Assembly: GCA_964016885.1 (NCBI GenBank)
Contig: OZ024740.1
Location: 220,596,001-220,660,000 of the forward strand
Direction: 5' to 3'
Length of the DNA stretch: 64,000 bases
Origin: Eledone cirrhosa
Taxonomy: Eukaryota
The notes under the pieces are model-generated. The model searched no databases, was not told the origin of the DNA, and worked only from the letters and a program-made list of their open reading frames with translations. The stretch's first letter is position 1, and each line of letters starts with the position of its first letter. Shown in pieces: positions 1 to 13,393 of the stretch. The translations under genes were made by a program, and so were the position numbers.

Positions 1-96
1 GTTTTCATGGCTGGCTGGCACCTTGTTCCAGCTACTTTGCTTGACCATAGCCTGCTGCAGATAGTCACATAGAAGTTTCCAGTTGCCCTTTCTGCC

Positions 97-2590
97 ATCA
101 TCATCATCGTTTAATGTCTATCTTCCACACTAGCATGGGTTAGATGGGAATTGTCCCACTTGAGGCAAGATTGGTCGGGTGACCGTGTCTCACTCATATA
201 GGACTATCTGGCAGGTTTTCTACGGCTGATGCCCTTCCTAACACCAACCACATTTACAGTGGGAGGTTTTTACCGTGTTACCTACACAGCCACATTACAG
301 CGTGGATTGTGTGTTTTTTTGTTGTCATACCTACACGACCTCATTAGTTTGGACTGGATGTTGTGGTACCTACATAACTTTACAGAGAAAGGGTGGTGTT
401 GGTGGGAGAATGGGTGTATATTTGGTTAAGAGGTGCCTACTGATTGTAGGTTTCGCTTTGTACATAGGCATGGCGGGTCTTCTATATTACTGTGTGGCGC
501 CAAAGATCTCGGTCCAGTGACATTGTCTTAGAGTGGTGCAAGTGTGTAAGGTCGGAATTTATCAAATCGTCCCAGGTTTTTCTGGGTCTGCCTACTCCGT
601 AACTTCCATCAATTTTGATCGCCCTGCACTTTTTTATACAGCTGTCGTCTTTTATGCGCATCGCGTGACCATACCAACGTAGTCTTCTCTCAAGTAAACA
701 GCATCTGATCCCTCTTATTCCTAATTTCTCACTTAGTTCATTTATGTTTTGCTGTTCGCGTATATTACTATTACACATCCAACGGAGCATGCATCCTTCG
801 TTCCTTTCCAGCCTGCGCAGGTACTCTGCAAGCAATGCCCATTTCTCACTGACATGTAACATTGCTGTTCGTATACAGGCATCATACAATCTGCCTTTCA
901 TTTTTAGAGAGAAACCTTTTGTGGCCAACAGCAGTATAAGCTCTCTGAACTTTTTCAATCCCGTTCTGACTCTGGCTACTGTACTTTCAGAGCACCCTCC
1001 ACCACTGCTGATCTTGTCACCCAGATAATGGAAAGTGTCCACTATTTCTATAGAACCATCTGGGCAATAGCAGGAGCTAGTATTCTGTGGGCACTTGCTA
1101 CTTATTGTACCTGAGAATCGGCCACATATAAAATCTACGTTCTTAGATAGCTTACCTGTGATCCCACTACATCTTTTATGTACCCATAGTTTGCATTTGG
1201 GACATAAAATGGAATTTCTACCTACTCCTTTCCTACACACTGAGCATGGCCATTTCCCAGAGGGAACCTGTGCCCTATTTTCCTTCCTACATACTAGAAC
1301 TTTAGTCTTAGACAAGTTAACTTTAAGGCCTTTTGATTCTAGGCCATGCTTCCATGTTTGGAATTTCTTCTCTAGTTCAGCCATAGATTCAGCTATAAGA
1401 GTTAGATCATCTGCGTATAGAAGTTCCCATGGGCAGCCGGTCTTAAACTCCTCTGTTATAGCCTGAAGGGCAATAATAAATAGGAGGAGGCTAAGGACAG
1501 AGCCCTGATGAACACCAACTTTTATGCTAATTTTTTCACTATATTCATTGTTAATTCTAACCTTGCTGACTGTTTCTTTATACATGGCTTGTGTAGCTCT
1601 CAGAAGCCATTCATCTACACCCAGTTTTCTAAGAGCCCACCAGATAATGGAGTGGGGGACTCTGTCAAAGGCTTTCTCCAAGTCAACAAAAGCTAAGTAG
1701 AGGGGTTTACTTTTAGCTAGGTACTTCTCCTGTAGTTGTCGTACAAGGAAAAGAGCGTCAATTCACTCTCTGATTAGTTGCGCTATAACTCTTTCTGTGA
1801 CCTTCAATGATCTGGTCAACTAACTTAATGCTTCTATAGTTTGCCCTATCTAGAGCATCTCCTTTACTCTTGTAGCAGTTAATGATGATGCTGCTATGCC
1901 AGTCATTTGGTATGACCCATTCTGTATTACTTGGTTTACTATCCGGGTGACCATAGTATGTCTCAACATTCCAGATGCTTTCAACATCTCAGCAACTATT
2001 TCCGAAGGTCCAGCTGCCTTACTTATTATACTACCTTTAACTTGCACCGCTGGTCCCTCTATTGGATCAATTTGGGGAAGACTATCTTTTTTCCATTTAT
2101 TCTCCTAATTTAATAGTCTCTTGTAGTGACACGTACAAGCTACCTTCTTATCAGCATCAGTGAGGGCAAGTACACCATCATCATTATGGACACACTTCTC
2201 CCCGACAATATCACAGTTTTCCTTGATACATTGTCTTGCAATCCTGAACACCTCGCGTTGTAGAACATGCTTGAACTTTCTATCCTCTGCTTCCCTTCTT
2301 GCAAAGTACACTTGTCTCCTAGCTTCTCTCCTGGCCACTTGATAGTGTTCTCTACTTCCCCCATCCTGCCATACTTTCCAAGCCTGCCTTTTGGCCTGGA
2401 TTGTCTCCACCACCTAGTTACTCTCTTCCTGCCTATAGGTCTGCTCCAGCCACAGATTTCATCTGTCGCCTTCAGCAGGTTAACTTTCAAGAATTCCCAC
2501 TGTTCCTCTATATTGTACGTCTCTAATTGCTCTTCCTTACTGTCAAAAGCATCAAGTAATATGCTTTTAAATTCGTTACTGGCTGTCATG
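97..2590 (-). mobile_element. RTE-clade LINE (family 1, PHD-in-RT), decayed and 5'-truncated; RT ORF 482-1681
   Basis: RT motifs DLEKAFDRV, GVHQGSVLS, LLYADD, FHYLG and RTE C-terminal RLRWYGH...GRPRKTW; frameshifted upstream ORF pieces; 3' UTR ends in a (GAT)n tail at about 97-108. Confidence 0.93.
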
Positions 2591-3339
2591 TATTTATCTC
2601 CTTCTCCCCCATTCTGTTGTATGCATCATGTAGAGTTTTTCTGGACTGATATTTAACAGAGGGGTCTTTTAGTTTCCGTCCTCCTCCCTCTGAATGCACT
2701 GCATTGAAATGAATTGACAATACATCATTACATCCTCCCTTTCCGTGCTGGCATGGGTTGGATGGTACTTTTTGAGGCAGTATTTTCATGGCTGGATGCC
2801 TTTCCTCACACTAACTGTAACTTTATTATTAGTATGGTATATATTGCTTATCTTCATTGAAAAGCTACACTGCAGAATATTGTTTCTGGTGGTCATAAAT
2901 ATCAATACTTGCTTTATTTATAAAATGGCATTAATAGGAAGATATTTGTGACACATACACATCATGGGCTTCCTTATAGTTTCTGGCTACAAAATTTATT
3001 CACAAGGCATTAACCAGCCCAAGGCTATAAAACCATGTGGTTTTGAGTTCAGTAGGATTAAACTCGAAACAATGTTTCAAAAGCAAACTTCTAAATCTTA
3101 GTCATGTGTATATTCAGTTAGCCTGTGTATATTCAGTTAAATTAATTATTTAAATAAATAATTTCTGTTAACTTCATTTCTGTTTCTTCTGATCTTTAGC
3201 CTGAAAGCCAGCCAACACAGGAATTTTGTGTGCATGTGATAAGAATTTTCAAATTCGGCTTCATATGTTACTATTAAGCATTTTGTTGGCCCAATTTAGC
3301 CATTAATAGGTTTTGCAAAGCAGAAACATTTTAAAATTT

Positions 3340-3850
3340 GTTTTTCTATGCTTGCATGGGTTGGACAGGTCTTCTCCAGCATAGTATCACTCCACATGTC
3401 TTTTTTTCATATCCTTTTCTAAAGTTCAGCATCTTAAAATAAGCTTTCACCACAACTTCCCAAGTCTTCTAAGGCCAACTTCTACCACATTTTCTTCCAC
3501 TCGGAACTCCTGGTTCTTTTTGATCATCTCCTTCCACTTATGCCCAGTGTTCTCTCAACTCATTTGTGTTTCATCATTCATACTCACTAACATAACACAT
3601 TCAATTTTTACTAGCCTTTGTCCTTTTTATTCAACTCTTATACCTCACTACCATACATCACACTTCATAGACAGGCATCATATAATTTATCCTTCACTTG
3701 GAGAAAGAATCCCTTTGTGGTCAGCAGAAGTAGCTTCTTGAACTTTTTCCTTCCTGTTCTTATTCTAGCAACTATGCTTTCAGAACATCTTCCTCCACTA
3801 CTAATTATGTAACCTAGATGATAAAAGCTATCAACTATTCTATAGATTGA
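3340..3850 (-). mobile_element. Old RTE family 1 3' fragment
   Basis: Degenerate similarity to the RT C-terminal part (YLG..SSGG, ARIR.G.KKF) and tail of the element at 97-2590. Confidence 0.65.
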
Positions 3851-4989
3851 AAAGATGTTATTTCACTAGTGTTCCTACTGCTAACTACACACAAGAATCT
3901 TTTGTCTCTGTTTGCTTGCTTTAACTTTACTAAAAATTAGTTTTATGTTTGGAATAATGCTAAAAATGTTCACATTATTTAATTATTAACCTATATATAG
4001 CTGCCACTCACTATTCTTTCAATTACTCCCTCTCTTACCAATAACCAATACAAAGCTGTCACTAACTATTCCATAATTACTCACCATCTTATCACTGTTT
4101 CTCCTCATTTCACTCACATTCATACATCTCTTTCTCCTGCTTGATCATCATTCTCCTATCTTTCTCCGGATCATGTTGCCTTGAAAGAACCGAGAGTACA
4201 TGGAGTTGATTTAACGATAAAATGCACTTAGTACAAGTACATTGTGCAAAGAGATTGGTGATTGATTAGTCATAAGTAGGGCAATTCTTTTTTTTAGACC
4301 TTAAAATTTTTAGTTTTTAGACATTATTTAGACCCTTTTTTTATTATTCATAAAAAACAACAAATGACAAAATCCAAACTATTTACATATACATTGCTGC
4401 AATATAAAATTTCACATTCTCAAGAGAAAAACTGTCTTTAGTTAGTAATTTACCGAGTATTGAAAAACTATGCTCAACTCTAGCTGATGTAGGATGACAC
4501 TTAAACAAGAGACTAATCCATGGGAGATATTGATGAGTTTTTCATTCGGCAAATCCACCCTACATTGTTTTCCTGTAATCTAGAGTGCAGATATTTTTTT
4601 ATTTGGCACGGATCTTGTATATATACATGTATCTATGTGTGTGTGTGTGCGTGTGTGTATATATATATAAAATAAAAAAAAAAACGGAGTTAAAAACTCA
4701 CATTAATCCCCTATAATTTAATGAGCTCAAAGAATAGATTCCGGGCTCTTTATAAATCAACATGTAGAGAGAAGTACACATAGAGATATGTGTTTAATCA
4801 TAGGGGATCAAAAACCACCAGAGTGACGAACATATTACCTACGGAAGGACTGGTGAATACAAATCAATAAAAAGAATATATTGAAGTGTATTAACCATCC
4901 GATGTAGTTTTCAACCTATACTAGATTTCTGTCTCCATTTCGTTTCCCCTCAGGACTTTGGCTGTAGAACGACCACTATTTTCTCATCA

Positions 4990-5490
4990 ACATCATTATA
5001 TCTTTTACTCTTTTACCTGTTCCAGCCATCTGGCTGAGGCCATGCTGGGACACTGCCCTTGTTGCTACATGTTCTATCTCCAGCCTGTTGGCTGGCCATT
5101 GGTGTAAGAGGGAGTTTGTTGCTGCTGTCGTTAGGTTACCTTTGTACTGTGTTGTTTGCTCATCCGGGATCCTGGATAGCAGAGTGTCAAGATGTTTCTT
5201 GAAAACATCAACGTCCACACTATGCAGATCTCTTAAATTTCTTGGAAGTTTGTTGAAGAGTTGAGGGCCTTTGAACCTTAGGCTATTGCAATATCTGCTC
5301 CTTATTTTAGATGTGAAAGACAGGACCTTGGGCTCTACACAGTGATGTCCTGTTCAGGGGTTGCTCCAGCTCTCAATGCCAAAGTTTGGTGCTAGTCCCT
5401 CCAGGATTTTCCATATCTATATCACTGCATATCTCTCCCGTCTTCATTCCAAAGAGTAGAGTTTCAGTTCTTTTAGCCTCTCCCAGTAGC
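4990..5490 (-). mobile_element. CR1/L2-type LINE 3' coding fragment
   Basis: Minus-strand translation LKELKLYSLE..RERY..IYIWKIL..GPQLFNKLPRNLRD..VDVFKKHLD..L..IPD, typical of the CR1-type RT C-terminus. Confidence 0.7.
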
Positions 5491-6912
5491 TCATCTCCTT
5501 CATCATGGCAATCCTCTTGTAGCTTCGTTGGATTGCCTCAAGCGCCGTGTTCCAGTTCTTTTAGTCTCTCCCCCGTAGCTCATCTTCTTCATCATGGCAA
5601 TCCTCTTGATGTAGTTTTGTTGGATCACCTCATACATACATCATCATCATCACCGTTTAACGTCCATTTTTTTATGCTAGTGTGGGTTAGATGAGTTGTC
5701 CTGTTGTGAGAAATGCCAGGTCAGGTGACCATGTCTTGCTCATTCAGAACTGATTTTGGTTAGGTTTCTACAGCTGGATGCTCTTCCTAACGCGAACCAC
5801 ATTTACTGTGAGTACTGGGTGCTTTTTGTCATGTCACCTATACAACTTTACAGGCTTCACTAGATGTATGCTTCAGCTTGTCCTCATGGGAGATGTATGG
5901 AAAAGTGGGGTGGAGTGGAGGTGGGGGTTGCATACTATATGTATGCTTCAGCTTGTGCCATCAACTTTGAGCACTCTGCACCTTTTTATACAGCTGTCAT
6001 CATTCATACTCATCACATGTCCATATGAATGCTATCTCCTTTACTGCACACACACACCACACACACACCACACACACACGCACTGCTTGTAGATTCTGCC
6101 CAATACCAACCAAAGTTCCCTGGGAAGCTGGTAACAGTATTCATGAGTGTGTGTGTGATATATATGTAAATTTAGTTACACTCTGTCACCACTGATTCTG
6201 TTTTTCACCATTATCATTTCTTTAATTCCTTAGGGAATTGTTTGACCAATTGTTGTTTAAATTTGTTTTTTCTTTCCCTAAGACTTAATTAAGTTTTGAC
6301 AATTATCAATTAAATTTTATTCAATATTTTATATTTAATACTTTTTAGACTTTATTTTGACTTTAAATAATTTTTAGACATTTAGACCTAAAAAGAATTT
6401 TAATTTGCTATTTTTGGTCAAAATAAGTTTTTTTCTGCCATTTCTCGGTCATTTTAAACTTTCAGACTTTTTAGCCAAAAATTACCCTAATAATACCATA
6501 GAGTGGAGAGTATATGGAGCCATGATAAAATTTACTCAGTACACTCTTTAAAATGGTTGGTGTTAGGAAGAGAATCTAGCTGTAGAAATCATACCAGAAT
6601 GGAATATATAAGAAAGACGAGATCCTTTTAGCTGTCCAGGACAACATTAAGCTCTGAATAAGTGCTGACCCAGGCTGTAATAATTTTGTCCAACCCACAC
6701 CAGCATGGAAAACATAAAATAATGATATGTTATACATATTTTGTCCATACAAAGCATAAACAAAATATATTAAAAACATAAAACAATGGATGAATGATGA
6801 CAATGATCACCTAGGTAGATTTGAATAATGCACATCACTTGTTCTAATTTTGATGTATTTGTGCAAAGATAAAATTATCCTTTTATTTTTATAATTTTTT
6901 TTTTCATCAGGT

Positions 6913-7649
6913 ATGCGTTCCAGTTACCGAATTCATCCTAGAGATGATATGGACAGACCCCTTGATTCCAGAATGATACAATCTACTTATAATATGTCAG
7001 AAAGTAAATATTTAGAAAAAGAGCGACCTAAACCATTATTTCAAAGGGATCACATGAAAGAAAAGTATACGTATCCTGTTAAATATCCACCAATGACAGT
7101 TAAAATCGTCAGGGACCCTGCTGAAGTGAGCTCCAACCTAGAAAAGGTATCTTTGAAAGTAGCTCTGAGAAAGATACAGAATTACTTATGTGATAAAGAA
7201 TTTACATTCAATACAGCCATTATGTGTCTTGATCAATCACTTCATGTTACACATTGCCCTTTCTTCTTGGATTACAGTGTGAGAAAAGGCTACGTTAAAG
7301 AGGGTGTCCTGAAATTTGGGAATTTAATCATTGGTTATGGAAAATCTCCTGATGAAGAAGAAACTCAAAAGCTGGCATACATTGATGCTTTGAGAGCCTT
7401 AAAATTTAAGTCAGTTGAAGAAATCCTGAATAGAAATGAAATCAATGAACCAACATCACCACCACCAAGAACACCACCACCACTTGCATTACCAGTGAGA
7501 GAAAAAACTTTGTCCGAACTTATTATCATAGAAAAAGATGAGTTTGCAGTAGATCGTTTCAAATATTCAGTTTCTATACTTCACAACAGTGTGTTAGCTA
7601 ATAAGATGCACATAAAGTGGGATTATAATCCTGGACCAACTGGATGCAA
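6913..7649 (+). CDS. NKRF-like: Exon 1 (first visible coding exon) of divergent NKRF-like dsRBD/R3H protein
   Basis: Polypyrimidine tract and AG at 6909-6910, ATG 6913, GT donor at 7650 (phase 2). Encodes one dsRBD-like fold (AIMCLDQS...GNLIIGYGKS...QKLAYIDALRAL) and the start of a second (LIIIE...SVSILHNSVLANKMHIKWDY), resembling NKRF NAIGILNNSASFNKMSIEY. An upstream coding exon cannot be excluded. Confidence 0.8.
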
Positions 7650-8380
7650 GTAAGACATATTTATAAAAATATCAATTTGTATATGCAAGGGAAATGACTG
7701 CATGTGTGTGTGAAAATATGCTGCATGATGTTGTTATATAACAGTGGAAGACACCTAAAGCAGGCAGATATTGGAAAAATGTGATGAGGACATATCTCAG
7801 GATGATGTTCTCATGGATATGATAACATTTCCCCCAAAATCTTTCAACAATTGCATTACTCATACATATATTTTACAATCACCATCACCCTAACTTTAAT
7901 AAGACATTACTGCTTTCATTATAGGAGAGTGACAAGACGCTAGTAGAAGGAGGAGGAATGTGAGAGTGTATGTATGTGTGTAGCAATAAAAATGATGCAA
8001 ATTTAAATTTAACTAAATTTGCATTGTTAAACTGGAAGGAAACATTCATATCGAAATTGAACAGTAGATGATGGTTGGAAAATTAGAGAAAATATAGGGC
8101 TATTCAGGTAGTCCATTTTTAAATGTGTGTAGTTTCTTAGTTGAAATAGCAGCCATTGTTCTTTGGTATCCACTTTTCTATGCTGGCATGGGTTGGATGA
8201 GATTTTTTTGCATCTATTTGACTGAAGCAATGTGAAATGAAGTGTTTTACTCAAGAACATGTGTCACCCAGTCCAAAAATAGAACCAGTGACACTAGTGT
8301 CATCCCAACACACTATCCGGTGGACTGCAAACCTTCACACACACACACACACGCACGCACACACACTCTCTCTCTCTCTC

Positions 8381-8444
8381 TAGTGATGCTTCAGTAATGA
8401 CTTGGTCTATGTACATAGACCAAGTCATTACTGAAGCGTCACTA
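8381..8444. repeat. 64-bp spacerless palindrome
   Basis: tagtgatgcttcagtaatgacttggtctatgt-acatagaccaagtcattactgaagcgtcacta, one mismatch. Confidence 0.95.
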
Positions 8445-9009
8445 CTAATCTTCCAGAGAGGCCAGCGGGCCTGTGTTTCACTTACATACAGTCTCCTATT
8501 CTATTAAGTGCACAGGAAGGGTTGTCATGTCTTTGACACATTTGAAGGGTCCCCCCAACTCTTTGTTTGGCAAGTTTCCTATGGCTTGATACCCTTCTTA
8601 TCACCAACCACTTTAGAACACATACTGGGTGCTTTTATTGTGTAGATCACTAACACTAGGGAGGTTGTCATATACTTGGCACAACGCTTTGCTTAGCTAT
8701 CTTTCAATGGCCACTTTACCATGTGTACAGGGTGTGTTTTTCATGTAGATCACCAACATTACAGCGGTTGTTGGGACATTGACACAACTGAAGAGTCCTC
8801 GCAGCCCTTTTAGGCATGGTTTCTACAGCGAGTTGCCCTTGTCGCCAACCACCTTATTGACTTTCTTCCATTAATCCCTCTTGTATCACCCAATTTCTCT
8901 CATCTTTCTCTGCCACTCTCTAGTCATACTTTGTCATGTTTACTTTCAATGGACAACAACAGCATAGAGGACTACTATTTTAACACGTTCTAATATATAC
9001 ATATGTTTA

Positions 9010-9042
<33 letters not shown>

Positions 9043-9445
9043 AGAGTAAAGACCCCATTTGGTCACATGTGACCATGGGATTTACACCTAGAAAGGTGCC
9101 CTCTGAGGCACAAGTCCGTATATATATTATATATATATATATATATATAGTAAAGAGTTGAAAATGCAATTGGAGTCTTTAAGAAGACTTATTTATAATA
9201 ACTTTACCAGTGTCACAGTTTTGTGATTTTCAAAAGTTAAATGAGATGGAGAGATGTGTGGCTATGCCTGTGTCTCACATGTGAGACACATCACAGTGTA
9301 GCTATATATATATATACACACACACACCATGTTCATGATGGGTTTTGTAGTTTCCATTTACCAATTTTACTTTTAAGATTTATTGATTATATTACCTAAA
9401 TAATATAAAATTTATTTCAAGTTGTATAATTTATACCATTTTCAG

Positions 9446-9572
9446 GGTGAATGTATATATACAAGATAAACGTGTTGGAACTGGAGAAGGAACTGGAAGA
9501 CCGGAAGCTAAGAAAAATGCTGCTTGTGATGCACTTTTCAACTTTTTTTATAAGAATTGTGTCATCCTTCAG
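9446..9572 (+). CDS. NKRF-like: Exon 2 of NKRF-like gene (completes second dsRBD-like fold)
   Basis: AG 9444-9445, GT 9573-9574; phase matches exon 1 (AA+G = Lys); encodes VNVYIQDKRVGTGEGTGRPEAKKNAACDAL, the dsRBD GxG..KxxAxxxAAxxAL pattern. Confidence 0.85.
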
Positions 9573-10949
9573 GTAATACATTATTTATTACTAGTTTATC
9601 CTTTTTGTTACTATATTACTAATGAAAGACAAATGCCTATCATTTTGAAATCATATTTTGAAAATAATCAAAGAATTTTGAGGGATTTAGTGAAAAGATC
9701 TCTTTATTTATCTGGTGTTTGTAACATAACTTAACCCATTAGCATTTATATTGCTCTATATATACTATTGTATTTTTATGGTAAATACTTTATCTTACAT
9801 AATTATCTCACATAATTTTGAATCTACGAGATTTTGATGTTATTTATTTTGGGAGCAGTACCTTAACATCAGTATGAACAACCGATTTGAACAGAACGAG
9901 GTGTGAGAATTCTGGCCAGATATGACTGGTTTAAACCATTGTTAAGTTATGTTTCAAACACTGGATAAATAAGAAAGTTAATTATATTACTATATCCTTT
10001 CAAACTTATTCGAAAATCTTATTAGAAATATGGTAATGTTGTTTGTCATAAATACTGTGTAACTTCACATTTAATTAGAATAATCACAATCATTGCCAGG
10101 GCAGTCTAGCAAATTCCCAGAACCACAGATATCATAGCAATGTGTTTTTATACCTGAAATAAACAGATTGACTTGTGCTTTTAAAACACCATGTCCCGCC
10201 GTGGTCAACTTTGCATTTCACCTTACGGGGTCAATAAAATGAAGCACCAGTAATTCACTGGGATAATTGTTGGCCTTGTGCCAAAAGTAGAAACAATTAA
10301 ATGTAGCAGCTAATGGGGTTAGGATTACAACTGGCTTATAGAACACTATGTACTTGTGGAAGACATTTTTATTATTGTATGAGATATCATCAACATAGAT
10401 TTGTTTACAACACTTATTTTCATATAGAGTGAATATTGATATGACCAACTTGTTCTATATACTTGTTTGTGTGTATATGTGCATTAAAGCCCAAAGCAAG
10501 GTTTTGTATATAAGTTGGATGCTGCTTTTCATACCCACTTTTTTTAGTAAAATACTGCAATTTATTTATGATTATAAACAGTACATTTCACATCTGATCT
10601 TTGGTCTATTTCTGCATGAGCTGACAGCTTGTCTGTCGTGTATTTTCATCAATGCCAAAATTAGTGCTACTATCTATATTGCTTACACGAACTAGTGTAT
10701 TAGAATGAGCATAGGATTTTTTTCGTGCTTTGTAGGGATTTCATAACTATCATAATCTCTATTTTAAAATCTTGCTATGCTAGCATTATTAGTTACACAA
10801 ATTCAGAGCATTGTTTTCTAGCTACTGCACTTAAACTTGATTTACCACCAGCATATATTTATTTCACTTGGGTATTAACTTATTTTCTGTTGTAACTAGT
10901 GTTTTGAATAGACTTTGATTTTCAGATCATAGTGTGAAAAAGAAAAAAT

Positions 10950-11260
10950 GCTGCATGGCTGAATAGTTAAGAAGTTTGCTCAACAATTATGAGTTTTGGG
11001 GTTTGGTCCCACTGTATGGTATCTTGGGCAAGTGTCCTCTACCTGAGCTTTGTGAATAAAATTTGTTAGGCAGAAACTGTTTGGACTGTACCTGTAGTTC
11101 AAAGGGCCAACCATGTCACATATTGAGTTATGCAGAATCTCCTTGTGAATTACGTTAAAAATACACATATCTTTGGAATACTCAGCCAAATACATGTTAA
11201 TTTAACAGCAGGCCATTTTCTTGACAGAACAACTAGAGCACTCATTGCTGAAACTAATAT
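10950..11260 (+). mobile_element. Decayed tRNA/CORE-type SINE (related copies near 2960-3110, 13000-13160, 13405-13710, 41700-41970)
   Basis: A-box-like tggctgaatagttaag, B-box-like ggtttggtccc, CORE-like cttgggcaagtgtc. Confidence 0.6.
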
Positions 11261-11353
11261 AGGTCCATTTATCTTGTCTTGTATATTTTGAATCAGAATT
11301 TTGTAGGTCCATCAGATAAGTGACATAGTGGTTTTTCACATATACACAAATAT

Positions 11354-11386
<33 letters not shown>

Positions 11387-13186
11387 ATTGCCGTGGTTTG
11401 ATTGGTCTATGCGGGTAAGGTGGTTTGTGGCGATGGCGGGGAGGGAGATAGTGAGGTAACTGAATTAGAGTCTTAACTGAACTTATAACAGGGGACACGA
11501 AGTAGGGTAAATATAATGTCTATCTACCTATGCTCTCTTCCTATCTTATAAGACATTAGTTTAGTTCAAGCCAACATTTCATTTCAATCCGTTTCTCTCA
11601 CACATGAATTCAAGTATTTAAAGATCTTTTATCTCCTCCATCATTCGATGACTGTTTGTATTAACAAGCTTTGAAATTTTTTTGCCATGTTGTTACATGT
11701 CTCCTGTTATAGGTTCGGTTACCTCACTCAATACATATATACCTTGGCTCATTGTTCGTAACAATAACACTGCTATTATTGTGGAGGTGGGTGCTCGCTA
11801 ACTCTATCTGAAATAAAGAAGGTTCGCATGTTCGCCTGGTTACATGTGGACTCATATTCATATTTTGGGTTGCTCCATCATAGCACCCCTCCCCCCCAAA
11901 AAATCACCTCCAGTTCTGTATGAGCAAGATACAATCACCTGATCTGATTTGTCACATAATGGGTCAACTAGTCTAACCCATGCTAGTGTGGGAAAATGGA
12001 TGTTAAACGGTGGTGACGATGATATAACACACACAGAGACCATATGTTCTCATGTATAAGTTAAACTGGTAGATAAATCAAACCTTTATTTTACATACAG
12101 CAGTTACAATGTACTTGATATTTTGAATTGAGGTTTTGTATATCCAACAGATAAGTCACATGTTCGTTTTTCATGTATTTTCATGAGAAAAGCTGTGACT
12201 TATACATGAGTATTTATTGTAATCATTATAATGTTATTTCCCTTTCATCGTTTTGAGTTTGATAAAGTACCAATCCAAGGCAGTGAATTGGAAGAATTGT
12301 GGAAGTGTTCAGGTGTCTTATGGTATTTATTCTGGCTCTGTGCATTTCTGAGTTCAATCCTGCCTCCTGTCATCAGAAAAAACTTGACATGACATGACTG
12401 GGGCCCCATCTCATTAAAACACCCAAAATAATTCCTATGAGATGCAAACCCATAAGTTGCCAGCTAAAGCCATGCAGGTTATAAGCCATAATGAGAAATC
12501 ATTATACAGCTGATTAGTGCAGTTATTGTTGCTATAGGGAACTTAATTTTATATTATATTAGATTTATGTGCAATTTGTAAACTTTTTTAAATGCACGAT
12601 TTATGAACATTGTGTTAAAAGGAGTTCAGAAATGTTTTGTCTTATGGGGATGGTTCCAGGAAGGGCATTTGGCTGTAAAACATTGCTTCTAAAAGGACTC
12701 CATGATGTGTGTGAAGTCTGTCGTGAGGCTTTAATTGGGTAAATAGTCTTAAAATACTTGTTATTTTAACATGAGGTTTATAAAGTATATATCATCATCA
12801 TCATCATCATCATCATCATCGTTTTTACGTTCACTTTTCCTGCTAGCATGGCTTTGATGAAACTTTTGGGGTTAGTTTTGTTAATATTACTTGTTCTTTG
12901 TCCAATCACTATGCTGCAGGACATATTGTTTACATCGACATGAACAAACAACAATGCTTGCTTTAAACATCAATATGAAGAGGTATGTAATAAACTGACA
13001 TACAATGGGCTTCTTTACATTTTCTGCCCTTCAGATTCATTTACAAGGCATTGGTTGGTCCAAAGGTATAGTAGATGACACTTGCTCAAGTTGTGCAATG
13101 AAATTGAATCAGAACCATGTGGTTGCAAAGTGAACTTCTTAATCACACAGCCGTGTCGGCACCTGTTATTTGGTTTATAAAGTATA

Positions 13187-13393
13187 TTAACCCTTTTCAT
13201 ACGAACCCATTTGAAACCATCCCTAGTTCTATGATACTTAACTGTTATATAGTGTTTATATTTATCTAAAAATCATTCATCATAACGAGAAAGTTTATAT
13301 TACAAAGTTTTTCCAAATTCTTGATTATTTTCAAAATCATTTGAAAATCATAGGCAGTGTTTTACATTAGAAATATGATAATGAAAGAGCTAA
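13187..13393. mobile_element. MITE with TTAA-CCCTT termini, piggyBac-like (related copies about 24535-24776, 24821-25080)
   Basis: ttaacccttt...aaagagctaa ends; internal sequence matches 24821-24900 in inverted orientation. Confidence 0.55.

Noticed and set aside
3200-3310. Possible upstream non-coding exon of the NKRF-like gene
   Set aside because: Good acceptor but weak donor and no other support
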